A DNA stretch of 64,000 nucleotides from a virus. Position numbers and translations under genes: made by a program. Shown here piece by piece: positions 19,558-28,957 of the stretch; within the stretch, counting starts at the first letter, position 1; every line of letters begins with the position of its first letter. Location: positions 64,001 through 128,000 of the IMG/VR virus record IMGVR_UViG_3300045988_146774; one strand, given 5' to 3'. Below the pieces are notes generated by a model. That model searched no databases and had not been told where the DNA came from. It worked only from the letters and a program-made list of their open reading frames with translations.

Positions 19558-19603
19558 AGTGTGCGAATTTATTTAAAGAGAATAAAAGAAATGGAGGTGA
19601 AAT

Positions 19604-20893
19604 ATGCTAGTACCTAATCAAAAAGTTGAGGTATGCTGGAATAATACAACAAAAAAACATTATATGGAATTGGGATATGAATTTACAAAAATCAGAGATA
19701 AATTTCTTGTAAATGTTGAAGATTTAACACCTCATTCCGGAGAACAAATAAGCGTAATTTGTGATTACTGTGGCAATCAAAAAATGACAACATTCAATGA
19801 TTATAATTGTTCTATTAAAAAATATCCATATAAATATTCTTGTTCAGAATGCATCCCAGTAAAACAAAAAGAAATTAGAGGAAATAAATATAAAGGAAAA
19901 TATTTTAACGTATTTGTCAATAAATGTATTGAGAATAATTGTGTTCCAATTTCAACTATTGATGATTATCAAAATGCATATTCTAAGCTATATTTTATTT
20001 GTAGTAAACACGGACAACAATGTATAACTTATAATAGCATTAAGGCTGGGTCTTGGTGTATAGAATGTGGACATGATAAAGGGGCAAAAAAGATTGCAAC
20101 GCCAATAGATAAAGTAATTAAAATAGTTGAATCAAAAAATAATAATAAAATTATTAATCCAGAAGAGTACATAAATTTTAGCACTTCTAATCTTCTTATT
20201 AGATATGGATGCTGTGGAAAAGTTTCAACTACTTCATTGAACTCGTTAGAGAATAGTGATGGTCTATGCTATGATTGTGGACAAAAGAAAGCAAAAGAAC
20301 ATATAAAATTATCTATGGAAGAAGTAACAAAACGGATAAATTCTGTTAACAATAATAAATTGTTAAATCCAAGTGAATATATTGACAATTCTACAATTAA
20401 TTTAAAGATATTATGTGGAGAATGTAATAAAAATATTTTTATAACAAGCTTGGCTAATTATGAATATAATCAAAAAATACGTTGTGGAACATGTTCTCAG
20501 AGGATAAGCGTCCCGGAAAGAACAACACGAAATATTTTAGAAAAATATGATATAAAGTATCTTCCAGAATACAAATTCAAAGATTGTAAAGACAAAAGAC
20601 CACTGCCATTTGATTTTTATCTTCCAGAATATAATATTTTAATAGAATTAGATGGGGAGCATCACTATCATCCTAAATGGGGTGATGAGCAGTTGAAATA
20701 TATTCAAAATCATGATAAAATGAAAAACGAATATTGCGAAAATAATAATATCACTTTAATTCGAATTCCATTTTGGGAGTTTGATAATCTTGAAAAAATT
20801 CTTATAGAAAAACTTAATCTTCCACAAATCGTGGACATAGAATTATCCAATGGTCGAATTTTTAAATACAAAGCACACAAACCAAAAGAATAA
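19604..20893 (+). CDS. intron-encoded homing endonuclease, multiple zinc ribbons + Vsr/DUF559-like PD-(D/E)xK domain
   Basis: GGAGGTGA RBS. Four CxxC..CxxC modules. The C-terminal segment RPLPFDFYLPEYNILIELDGEHHY...ITLIRIPFWEF is typical of DUF559/Vsr-fold nucleases. It lies inside intron 3 between the P7 strands. Confidence 0.7.
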   Translation: MLVPNQKVEVCWNNTTKKHYMELGYEFTKIRDKFLVNVEDLTPHSGEQISVICDYCGNQKMTTFNDYNCSIKKYPYKYSCSECIPVKQKEIRGNKYKGKYFNVFVNKCIENNCVPISTIDDYQNAYSKLYFICSKHGQQCITYNSIKAGSWCIECGHDKGAKKIATPIDKVIKIVESKNNNKIINPEEYINFSTSNLLIRYGCCGKVSTTSLNSLENSDGLCYDCGQKKAKEHIKLSMEEVTKRINSVNNNKLLNPSEYIDNSTINLKILCGECNKNIFITSLANYEYNQKIRCGTCSQRISVPERTTRNILEKYDIKYLPEYKFKDCKDKRPLPFDFYLPEYNILIELDGEHHYHPKWGDEQLKYIQNHDKMKNEYCENNNITLIRIPFWEFDNLEKILIEKLNLPQIVDIELSNGRIFKYKAHKPKE

Positions 20894-20989
20894 TTAATAA
20901 ATAGAAGATATAGTCTAATCTCATATGAAAGTATGAGGAGAGTTATACTACTCTCTCACTTATGTAGCGAATAAGTGAAAAGATAAATG

Positions 20990-22517
20990 AAATGATGCTG
21001 CAACACTTGCAAAGAAAAAGAAGTTAGAACAACAGCTTAAAGATGCACAGGAAACACTCGATGATACTAAGCGTGACCATCGTAATGACCTCATCTCCAA
21101 AGGTTACGACAAGATATCTGATGACCTCAATCAGATGCTCGAAGATACCGAATATGAAATCTCACACAATGCTGATAAGCAGAATGAAATCATCCAGAGT
21201 ATGCTTAATAAGCAAGTTGGAATGTATCAGGAAGCCTACAGCAAAATCAATTCTATCATCAAGAACACTGGTTGGGTTGGAAGCAATGACTTCAATAACA
21301 ATCAGTCTCAGATGTCATCTCAGACAGGTGCACAGAATCAAGCGTCTAACGCATCTCAATCTCAGCAGACAGCAAACAGCAAACCATCTAGTTCTGCATC
21401 CGGCACAGATACAAGCGGAATCAAAGATAATTCTTCAGAGAACAATAAGATAACTGAAAATATTATGAAGCCTGAAAATACAACAAACAGACCTGTTGCA
21501 GAGCTTAAAGTATCCAAGTCATCAGTATCTATTGAAGAAGGAAAGTCTACTTCTGTTACTACGAAAATCAGACCGAATGATGCTGCCAATAAGAAATTAT
21601 CTTGGAAGTCAAGTAATACTGCTATTGCTACAGTATCAAATGGAACGATTAGTGGTAAGAAGCCGGGTTCATGTCAGGTAACAGTATCTACCACTGATGG
21701 ATCTGGAATTTCTAAGACTATTGCTGTTACCGTTACAAAGAAGCCAGATCCTCCGAAACCAGCACAGAGCAACACAAATAAATCTGGTGGAGATGGAGTA
21801 CCTAGAGTTGGTGATGTTGTAACATTTAATGGAAAATATTACTACGATTCTTGGGGAAAAAGACCTGCCGGAAGTTTATATTCTGGTGTCAAGAATGGTG
21901 TTGTAATTGATAGCTATTCTAGCAGAGAATATGGCGGAAGTGCTAGATATACAGGAGATCTTAAAGTTCATATCAAATCTAGGGATGGAAGATATGGAGA
22001 TTTGGGATGGGTAAGATTAAGTCAGATTAGCGGATATGCGAAAGGTACTCCGGGAGTTGACAGAGATCAAATTGCCATTGTGGATGAAGAAGGTCGTGAA
22101 CTTCAGATTCCTAATGGTAAAGGTGGAAGAATCACAAAGCTTGAAAAAGGCACTGGTGTAATTCCACATACTGCAACCGAAAAACTCATGGCTCTTTCTG
22201 AACAGCTTGATAACAATGGAAACATGGTTATTAATGGTAGAACGATTGAAGAGTATGTTAATGATATGGCTAATATGCAGAGTATTGCTGTGCCAGATTT
22301 CAGTGATGTTACTGCTTCTGTCGTTAGTCAGTTAGAAGGCAAAGGTATGGGTAATGTGACGGTTGAGAATCATTATGATTCGTTGTTGACTGTAGAGGGT
22401 AATGTTGACAAAGATGCATTGCCTGGATTAGAAGATATTCTTAAGAGATCGTATGAATACACGTCTAAGCAGATGGTCAAAGAACTTCGAAAAGGCGGTA
22501 TGCAGATTCGGAGATAA
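20990..22517 (+). CDS. tail tape measure protein, exon 4 of 4
   Basis: The frame is open from 20991 (NDAATLAKKKKLEQQL..). It contains a Big_2-like Ig domain (VSIEEGKSTSVTTKIRPNDAANKKLSWKSSNTAIATV..), an SH3-like segment and a second TMP-type motif IAIVDEEGRELQIP. TAA stop at 22515-22517. Confidence 0.8.
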
Positions 22518-22521
22518 TTAA

Positions 22522-22554
22522 GAGGGAGCAGTGTCACAACTGCTCTCTTCTATT
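22522..22554 (+). terminator. stem-loop after TMP (member of the CTCTTCTATT hairpin family)
   Basis: gagggagcag 22522-22531 pairs with ctgctctctt 22540-22549. The U-tract is poor (ctattat). Confidence 0.4.
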
Positions 22555-22583
22555 ATATAAAAATATGAAAGGATGTGAGAGAT

Positions 22584-23588
22584 ATGGCAAAACAATTTAG
22601 TGATTTCTCATTTTGTGGAAAAAGAATAAGTGATTTACTAAATATAAAATATATATCTGTGGAATATGATTCCGACCCGTCAAAATCACTTGGACTTGAG
22701 CGTGATATGCAAAAGGGTGAATCAACAAGATATCGCATAGAACCAAACTATTTCTATGATACATGGTCTGCTCCATTAGAGTTTGATTTACATATTTTAA
22801 AAGATACGTGTAAATATCAAACACAGACAGAAATGGAAATTACAAAGAGTGAATTAAGAGAAATAACCAGATGGCTAACATCTTCTCATTATCCTGAATG
22901 GATTAGATTCTCAGATGAAGATGGTAATTTAGAAGAATGGCGATATAAAGGATGGTTTTCAAATGTAGAAACGTTTGTAGCTTATGGAACAGTATACGGA
23001 TTAAAGTTGCATTTTAAATGTACTACTTCATTTGCATGGACGGATGTAATAACAAATTCTTGTGCATGTACAACATATAAAAATATGTTAGTCAAAAATG
23101 ATGGGGATGATTTGAACGATTACTCCTACCCTACCATTAGAATTCATCCAACGAAAGATGAAGAAATTTTTATATGTAATGAGAGTGATTACACATTATT
23201 AGAGAACGGTAAAATATCTGTTGCAAGTGATGATGTCTTTAACACCATTATTGATAAGGCTGAAAATTATGCGAAGTTGAATGGATACGATTTAGAATAT
23301 ACAGGCAAAGGTGCTTTTAATATTGTTTCTATTTGCAATGATACAGGAGTTCAATTTAAACTCATTAATAATTATGGTTGCGAAACATTGTGTACTGTTT
23401 TCTATAACACCGATACAAAAGAATACAAAATAATTTCTGGTGGATTTATGTATATGAAAGTATACAAAGATTTGGATGTGGTTATTGACTGTAAAAATAT
23501 GACTATTGAAGATTCTATTGGACGCATGGTTACATATGATAAACTTGGAATTTCAGATATTGGATATATGTATTGGTTATATCATTAG
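22584..23588 (+). CDS. distal tail protein (Dit-like, siphovirus tail component)
   Basis: First gene after the TMP. ..ITRWLTSSHYPEWIRFSDEDG..WRYKGWF..VYGLKLHFKCTTSFAW resembles the Sipho_tail family pattern. The start may be ATG 22584 or GTG 22575. Confidence 0.5.
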   Translation: MAKQFSDFSFCGKRISDLLNIKYISVEYDSDPSKSLGLERDMQKGESTRYRIEPNYFYDTWSAPLEFDLHILKDTCKYQTQTEMEITKSELREITRWLTSSHYPEWIRFSDEDGNLEEWRYKGWFSNVETFVAYGTVYGLKLHFKCTTSFAWTDVITNSCACTTYKNMLVKNDGDDLNDYSYPTIRIHPTKDEEIFICNESDYTLLENGKISVASDDVFNTIIDKAENYAKLNGYDLEYTGKGAFNIVSICNDTGVQFKLINNYGCETLCTVFYNTDTKEYKIISGGFMYMKVYKDLDVVIDCKNMTIEDSIGRMVTYDKLGISDIGYMYWLYH

Positions 23589-23680
23589 AATACAATCCAT
23601 TGTGTTATGACAATAACCTTCAGATTACATTCTCTAATATGATTCAAAGCAGATCATATTTTATTGGAGGGATATTATAT

Positions 23681-24937
23681 ATGGCTGAAAAAGGAAAGAA
23701 AATGATAGGGTCATATGATGTAAAAGTGCCGGAAGATACTGATGTGATACTTGGCTATGATAAGACGACAAATAAAGTTAAAAACTTTAAATTTTCTGGA
23801 ATATGGACATGGATCGTTTCAAAGCTTAAAGGAGAATCTATTTCAGATTTAAATACAACAAATAAAACTGTGGTTGGGGCAATCAAGGAAGTAAACAATC
23901 CGACTTTTACAACAGCAACTTCTAGGATAAATATAAATAGTGGAGAATCACAGTCCATTATTATGGGGAAGGTAAAAAAATGGTTGGCTGATTTAGGTAC
24001 GGCTGCTTTTTGTTCTGTTGTAAATAATCTTACTACTACTGCTGAAGGAAGTGTATTGGATGCTAGGCAGGGGAAAAACTTAAGTGATGCATTAACTAAG
24101 CTGAATACTTTAATGGGAAGTACAGACATATCCGGCATTGGTGGTGGAACCGTAACCGGAGCAATTAATGAATTAAATAGCAATTTAAAAAAAAATAATC
24201 CAACATTTTCATCAAGTCCATACAAGGATAAAACGATAGTAGCATTTGGTGATAGTATCATTGCTGGCTGGGGATGGAAAGAGGGAACAGGAATCATCCA
24301 GCCGTTAAAAGAAAAGTACCAGGATGCTACGTGGATCAATAAGGCTGAATCCGGGGCGAATATGGCAGTAACATCCAGTCCGGCACATACACCGATTGTT
24401 AATCAGATTACATCGTACACGGGTGCTGCGGATGCGATAATTTTCGACGGTGGCGTGAACGATAAGAATAATGGGCTTCCTATCGGATCGATTGAGACTA
24501 ATTATGATGCATCATATAACACAAGTACATTCTGCGGTGCATTGGAAAGATCATTGCAATACATCATGGACAGGTATCCTCTGGCGGTTAAATTATATAT
24601 TATTCCACACAGCTTCGCAAAAGACAACTCTTACGTGGACAGTATCTATTCAAAAGCGATTGAAATCTGTGATAAATGGAATATGCCATATCTGGATATG
24701 CGTGTATACTCACAAATCGCTATGACATCGGTGAATAAAGGCAAATATACTTACAACCCAAACAGTAAGAAAGGTGACGGTGTGCATCCGAACGAAACAT
24801 GGTATCGTACATTCTACTGTCCAGTAATCGACCAGGCATTACAGAATCTGGGAATAGGATATATTACAGCGTCTGTCGCACCGACCGTTATAGCGGTTCA
24901 TACATTAACGAGATTATGCAAGAGAAAGGAGACATAG
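23681..24937 (+). CDS. tail-associated SGNH/GDSL-family hydrolase (esterase)
   Basis: ATG 23681 follows GGAGGG; the upstream extension in the ORF track has no RBS. The N-terminal region has fibre-like VVGAIKEVN and GAINELN motifs. The C-terminal half has VAFGDSIIAG (GDS block), GGVND and DGVHPN blocks. Confidence 0.7.
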   Translation: MAEKGKKMIGSYDVKVPEDTDVILGYDKTTNKVKNFKFSGIWTWIVSKLKGESISDLNTTNKTVVGAIKEVNNPTFTTATSRININSGESQSIIMGKVKKWLADLGTAAFCSVVNNLTTTAEGSVLDARQGKNLSDALTKLNTLMGSTDISGIGGGTVTGAINELNSNLKKNNPTFSSSPYKDKTIVAFGDSIIAGWGWKEGTGIIQPLKEKYQDATWINKAESGANMAVTSSPAHTPIVNQITSYTGAADAIIFDGGVNDKNNGLPIGSIETNYDASYNTSTFCGALERSLQYIMDRYPLAVKLYIIPHSFAKDNSYVDSIYSKAIEICDKWNMPYLDMRVYSQIAMTSVNKGKYTYNPNSKKGDGVHPNETWYRTFYCPVIDQALQNLGIGYITASVAPTVIAVHTLTRLCKRKET

Positions 24938-25240
24938 ATGAGAATATTACAGTTTAAGGTGAACAGCCAGAGTCTTAGCAAAGACGGAGATTTCTCTGGT
25001 ATTGTAGCTGGTACGAAAGGCTATCTGTACACAGCATATAACTTCGATTCGGAATGAGACGGTTGCAAGAAAGCAGCCGTCTTTTCAAGATGCGACAAAG
25101 AATATCCTGTACCGATTGTGAACGCCCGCTGTGCCGTACCAGATGAAATAACAGAATATAAACGTTGGAAGGTGTATCTGGTCGGCGTGAAAGACGGATA
25201 CAAGATTACGACAAATGAAGTGGAGGTGAGACAGTCATGA
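24938..25240 (+). CDS. small tail-module protein with in-frame TGA at codon 40 (read-through, recoding or nonsense allele)
   Basis: AAGGAGA RBS then ATG 24938. A single frame runs to TGA 25238-25240, interrupted only by TGA 25055-25057 (..YNFDSE*DGCKKAAVF..). The downstream 60 codons have no start of their own and end in an ATGA overlap with the next gene. Confidence 0.45.
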
Positions 25241-26181
25241 CATTAGAAGAAGCGTTATCAGCTTCGGAAGTAAATGACACAGGTGCTGACGAAGTTATTA
25301 CCATCGACAACGACCTAAGAAAAATCACCATACCTGCAAGCATCACTCTTCTTGGTGTGGTATCAGATGAAAATGTGCAAACATTACATTTCCAGATGCC
25401 GAAAACCTATAAAGGACTTGACCTGTCGGAGTTTGCTATTCGCATCAACTACATGAATGCAAATAATGTCGGTGATACATACGCTGTGGATGATAGCGAA
25501 ATCTCAGGTGAAAGTATCGTATTCACATGGACAGTTGGACGTGTGGCATGTATGTATAAGGGAAATACAAAATTCATAATCTGTCTTAAGAAAAAGGACA
25601 CTTCTGGCAATGTGCTGAAAGAATTTAACACATCGTTGACGAGTCTTCCGGTATTGGAAGGACTTGAAACAACCGAAGCTGTTGTTGCTGAAAATCCAGA
25701 CATCATCGAGCAGATACTCACGAAGATTGAAAAGCTGACGCAAATATCACCAGAAGATATTGCCAGTGCGGTGTCTGCCTATATGGAAGCAAATCCTATA
25801 GACATCCCAGACACTCTTCCCAATCCACAAGCTCTAACCATAAAATACGGCAACAAAACCCACACATACGATGGAAACGAAGCCCTTGCAATCACAATCG
25901 AGACAGGTGGTATAGAGCGTATCGAAAAACTTGCTACAGACACCACAGTAACCTTAGAGCCTAACAAACTCTATGTATTCCCAGAGATGGAGTCGCTTAC
26001 TTACACTATAGCCGAGGGCACAGGAGAGATACATTTCATTTTTAAATCTGGTGCAACAGCTACAAGGGTGGTACATCCATCCAATGTCAATATCGGAAAC
26101 TTTTCGGTCGAGAGCAACAAGGTATATGAGGTATCAATTTTAGAGGGATTACTTACATCCCAGAATTGGAGTGTGAGCTGA
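25237..26181 (+). CDS. baseplate/tail-fibre-associated structural protein (BppU-N-like, tentative)
   Basis: GGAGGTGA RBS. ..IDNDLRKITIPASITLLGVVSDENVQTLHFQMPKTYKGLDLSEF..IVFTWTV resembles the N-terminal module of baseplate upper proteins as I recall it. Confidence 0.4.
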   Translation: MTLEEALSASEVNDTGADEVITIDNDLRKITIPASITLLGVVSDENVQTLHFQMPKTYKGLDLSEFAIRINYMNANNVGDTYAVDDSEISGESIVFTWTVGRVACMYKGNTKFIICLKKKDTSGNVLKEFNTSLTSLPVLEGLETTEAVVAENPDIIEQILTKIEKLTQISPEDIASAVSAYMEANPIDIPDTLPNPQALTIKYGNKTHTYDGNEALAITIETGGIERIEKLATDTTVTLEPNKLYVFPEMESLTYTIAEGTGEIHFIFKSGATATRVVHPSNVNIGNFSVESNKVYEVSILEGLLTSQNWSVS

Positions 26182-26642
26182 TGGAACGGAGAAGGACATT
26201 GGGAAATGAGGTGGAAAGTGTGATGAGTGAAGAATATGAGCTTGTCGGTACTGCAAGCATAACGGAAGAAACGGCTACTGTAGAAATACAGTTGAGCAAA
26301 CCTTGCACAGATTTGTATATGTTTTGTGAGAATTTAAAAGCAACGGCTAATTCACAATTAATTATTGGTATAGGTAATAACAATACTATATCAGGTACAA
26401 ATAGTGAATTATCAGCAAATGTACAAAATACCATTCAGCATATACGAAAGATAGGAAAGACGTGGATGAGGACGGGAAATAATCATGCGCAGTATCCATT
26501 ATCTACTGCCGCGTCAACAATGTATACTGCAAAAATAAATGCAAATAAGCAAATGCCAGAACAAATTTCTACAATTACATTACTAGCAAATGTGGGCAGT
26601 GCTAAAATCGTATCTGGCACTATAGAAATCTACGGGAGGTAG
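26181..26642 (+). CDS. tail-module paralog A (MERRRT.. family, hypothetical)
   Basis: ATG overlaps the upstream stop (gctgATGg). It shares the N-terminal M-x-RRR motif, ~155-aa length and C-terminal ..I-x-(I/L)(Y/L)GR ending with the next two genes. Confidence 0.55.
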   Translation: MERRRTLGNEVESVMSEEYELVGTASITEETATVEIQLSKPCTDLYMFCENLKATANSQLIIGIGNNNTISGTNSELSANVQNTIQHIRKIGKTWMRTGNNHAQYPLSTAASTMYTAKINANKQMPEQISTITLLANVGSAKIVSGTIEIYGR

Positions 26643-26645
26643 CAG

Positions 26646-26674
26646 TTGACATGAAATACAGAATAAAACACAAT
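26646..26674 (+). promoter_or_regulatory. candidate promoter for paralog B
   Basis: TTGACA 26646-26651, 17-nt spacer, CACAAT 26669-26674. The microsatellite begins 4 nt after the -10 box. Confidence 0.4.
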
Positions 26675-26677
26675 CTT

Positions 26678-26705
26678 GTCAGTCAGTCAGTCAGTCAGTC
26701 AGTCA
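26678..26705. repeat. tetranucleotide microsatellite (GTCA)x7
   Basis: Seven perfect GTCA units, counted directly. Confidence 0.95.
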
Positions 26706-26755
26706 GCGGATCATAAGCTAGCTGATTCGCTCCTGTCAAGTTGGGCGGTGGAATT

Positions 26756-27223
26756 ATGAACCGCCGGAGAACAATGCTTATGAATGGACAGGAGGAAGAT
26801 GGAATGAAAGAATGGGGTGAATTGCTGAATGAAAGCAAAGAAGTAACAGACCAAAAGACTGTAGAATTTAATCTTGCTAATGCTGAAAAACATGAGGAAT
26901 ATTGGATATACATACAGATAGAAAAGCATACCGGAGCAGAACAATGTAAAGGTAATTGTAAACCGATAATAAACGGAGCATGGATTGGATATTACAGTTT
27001 TAATGTGGATTTCTCGGGAGACCAGTATGTATCGTATCATATTTGGACAAATCCAATAAGTGTGTTGGAAATGTCGAAAGGTATGAGTAAGCCACAGTTT
27101 AATACTGTACAAATATTAAGACAGATAGAAGCTATTGGAAATGAAACAGGTACAGGAAAATTCGCATTAGAATTTCCAGCAAATTATACGGGAAAGATAA
27201 CAGCAAAAATACTCGGTAGATAG
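26756..27223 (+). CDS. tail-module paralog B (MNRRRT.. family, hypothetical)
   Basis: ATG 26756 follows GGTGGA. It shares EDGMKEWGEL with paralog C (EVEEMKEWKTL) and the C-terminal KILGR ending. Confidence 0.55.
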   Translation: MNRRRTMLMNGQEEDGMKEWGELLNESKEVTDQKTVEFNLANAEKHEEYWIYIQIEKHTGAEQCKGNCKPIINGAWIGYYSFNVDFSGDQYVSYHIWTNPISVLEMSKGMSKPQFNTVQILRQIEAIGNETGTGKFALEFPANYTGKITAKILGR

Positions 27224-27227
27224 GAGG

Positions 27228-27255
27228 TTGAAATAAAAATGGTAAATAGTAAAAT
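27228..27255 (+). promoter_or_regulatory. candidate promoter for paralog C
   Basis: TTGAAA 27228-27233, 16-nt spacer, TAAAAT 27250-27255. The microsatellite begins 5 nt after the -10 box. Confidence 0.45.
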
Positions 27256-27259
27256 CCTA

Positions 27260-27292
<33 letters not shown>

Positions 27293-27341
27293 GCTTAGCT
27301 GATTCTAAATCCTGTGTCAAGTCTGAGATTGCCGTGGGAAT

Positions 27342-27800
27342 ATGTTGAGGCGGCGAATGATGATGGCAAAGGCACAGGAGGTAGAAGAGATGAAAGAATG
27401 GAAAACATTAGATACCGTTGTTCTGGAAGAAGATGCGAAAATTATTACAGTCAAAATTCCAGATGCAAATGAAATAATAGTACTATTCTGTGGGAGAGAG
27501 AACAACGGTGATGATAGCATAAGTGGCACAGGAGTGGGGTCTGATGGACTAAGAATAAATAATAAAGGAGTATCAAATTATCCATTGACATATCTGAGGA
27601 AAGCAGGAAGTGAATATTATACAAAGATTACAGCGGAAATTATAAATGGATTTTTGGATGGAACAATATCAAAAAAAGGAAATAATGAACTTGTAGGATT
27701 TCAAAATCTTTTGACGAATGTAGAATCCATAAAAGAAATATCGCTCGTTACGAACAATTTATTCAAAACAGGCAGTAAAGTAATGGTATTATATCGTTAG
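27342..27800 (+). CDS. tail-module paralog C (MLRRRM.. family, hypothetical)
   Basis: ATG follows GTGGGA. Paralogous to A and B. Confidence 0.55.
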   Translation: MLRRRMMMAKAQEVEEMKEWKTLDTVVLEEDAKIITVKIPDANEIIVLFCGRENNGDDSISGTGVGSDGLRINNKGVSNYPLTYLRKAGSEYYTKITAEIINGFLDGTISKKGNNELVGFQNLLTNVESIKEISLVTNNLFKTGSKVMVLYR

Positions 27801-27820
27801 ATAAGGAGTTGATACAAAAA

Positions 27821-28471
27821 ATGTATGCAAAATTACAATACGGATTCTTGCGCAGTGCACCGAAGACGATTGCGTTTGATGGCAAGACGATAAACAATCC
27901 ATTGCCGGAAGAACTGGAACAGTTAGGATATAAACAGGTGGTGTACACAGATATGCCTACTGGGGTAACAGATGGCAAGCACTGGGAATCTGGATGGACG
28001 GAAGAAGAGAATGCGATTAGGCAGGTGTGGAAATTTGTGGACGATTACGACTTAGAGCAAATCAGAGCTCTTAAGAAAAGTGAAATTTCAGAATCTTGTG
28101 AACAGACAATTTACAATGGAATTGATGTTGAAATGTCTACAGGAACACAACACTTCTCTCTCACTGAAAAAGATCAAATTAATATATTCGGATTACAAGC
28201 AACTATTGAATCCGGTCAAACACAGATTGAATATCACAGTGATGGTAATCCTTGTATATACTATAGTGTTGAAGATATTCAGAAATTAATTGCTGCTGCA
28301 ATGGGATTCGTAAAATATAACACTACATATTGCAATAGCTTAAATGTATGGATTAGCAAAGAAACGAATGCGCAGACAATTAGCGAAATGTATTATGGAA
28401 TGGAAATTCCAGAAGAACATCAATCAGAAGTTCTTAAGAACTATATTAGAATTAAAGCAAAAGATTTGTAA
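27821..28471 (+). CDS. DUF4376-like protein (tail-fibre accessory/chaperone-like), copy 1
   Basis: ATG 27821 follows AAGGAG. The C-terminal ~120 aa (..IYNGIDVEMSTGTQHFSLTEKDQ...YHSDGNPCIYYSVEDIQ..NTTYCNSLN..YGMEIPEE) are paralogous to 32598..33485. Confidence 0.45.
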   Translation: MYAKLQYGFLRSAPKTIAFDGKTINNPLPEELEQLGYKQVVYTDMPTGVTDGKHWESGWTEEENAIRQVWKFVDDYDLEQIRALKKSEISESCEQTIYNGIDVEMSTGTQHFSLTEKDQINIFGLQATIESGQTQIEYHSDGNPCIYYSVEDIQKLIAAAMGFVKYNTTYCNSLNVWISKETNAQTISEMYYGMEIPEEHQSEVLKNYIRIKAKDL

Positions 28472-28502
28472 AAGAGGGCGGTTACTACTGCCCTCTTCTA
28501 TT
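28472..28502 (+). terminator. stem-loop (member of the CTCTTCTATT hairpin family)
   Basis: aagagggc 28472-28479 pairs with gccctctt 28490-28497, followed by ctatt. Confidence 0.4.
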
Positions 28503-28519
28503 AATAAAAAGGAGGTCAC

Positions 28520-28819
28520 ATGGAAACTTTTGATACAACATCCGTTTCTGGACTTCTCGGAGAAACAATAACATGCGGTCATGTGACTTGTACTGAAACC
28601 GCAACATTAAGGTTAAATAATACAATTAAAATAGCCGATAATTATGTATATCAGATAGTTATTAAATCTGCTGCTACATCAAACATTGTATTAAAAATCG
28701 GCACACAATCTTTTAATCTCGCCTCTACTACTTCGTGGCAAAGATTAATTCAGAAATTTACAATTGAAAACAATAATACAAATTACATAGATTTAATATT
28801 CTCTCCGGTCAGAATTTAA
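28520..28819 (+). CDS. truncated duplicate of the receptor-binding/fibre protein N-terminal domain (99 aa)
   Basis: ITCGHVTCTETATLRLNNTIK..YVYQIVIKS...TSWQRLIQKF..YIDLIFSP parallels IQCGHLTCDEISTLRLNDVLK..YIFQTKMKS...PTWQKFVNKF..YIELTFPP at the start of 28958..30535. Confidence 0.5.
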   Translation: METFDTTSVSGLLGETITCGHVTCTETATLRLNNTIKIADNYVYQIVIKSAATSNIVLKIGTQSFNLASTTSWQRLIQKFTIENNNTNYIDLIFSPVRI

Positions 28820-28957
28820 TCAAAGGGCAGACCAAATTGGAATGAAAATTTCATCCGAAAATGTGATGTCAAAAGTGCCCATTTTAAGGGCTTTTTTGAG
28901 ATCGCATTTTTTGTGATTTCTGTAAATTATTAACTTTTCACTCAAGGAGGTGATTTT

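Larger units (their letters stand above)
19288..20989 (+). mobile_element. group I intron 3 (with homing-endonuclease ORF)
   Basis: P1: exon ggggt 19283-19287 pairs with gccct 19298-19302 (U.G at the splice site). P10: attattt 19291-19297 pairs with 3' exon aaatgat 20990-20996 (7 bp, one G.U). The intron ends in G20989. J3/4-P4 taattgctgg. P7: gacta 19438-19442 with tagtc 20911-20915. The J8/7 consensus agaagatatagtc is present. Removal keeps the frame (..AALEGV|NDAATLAKKK..). Confidence 0.8.

Noticed and set aside
21043-21681. ORFs 21043..21453 +, 21362..21589 - and 21496..21681 +, which overlap TMP exon 4.
   Set aside because: They are alternative-frame or antisense shadows of exon 4. The exon-4 frame carries recognisable Big_2 and SH3-like domains.
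23573-23680. Possible -1 frameshift fusing the Dit-like gene to the SGNH hydrolase (the ORF track extends 23573..24937 over the Dit stop). Also an in-frame 17-codon continuation after the Dit TAG.
   Set aside because: No slippery heptamer lies in the 16-nt overlap. A good RBS and ATG at 23681 explain the downstream gene. About 36 stop-free codons can occur by chance.
23755-24339. 194-aa antisense ORF inside the SGNH hydrolase gene. Also the antisense ORFs at 25449..25967 and 26153..27978.
   Set aside because: They are antisense to genes with clear motifs or paralog support and have no RBS. In the higher-GC block, long antisense ORFs are expected by chance.
25055-25090. Selenocysteine insertion (UGA plus a SECIS-like hairpin, giving a U-x-x-C motif) in the small tail gene.
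   Set aside because: The hairpin starts immediately after UGA, so the apical loop is only about 10 nt downstream. As I recall bacterial SECIS elements, that is too close. No sel genes are present, and Trp is the expected residue. Kept only as a remote alternative under the TGA finding.
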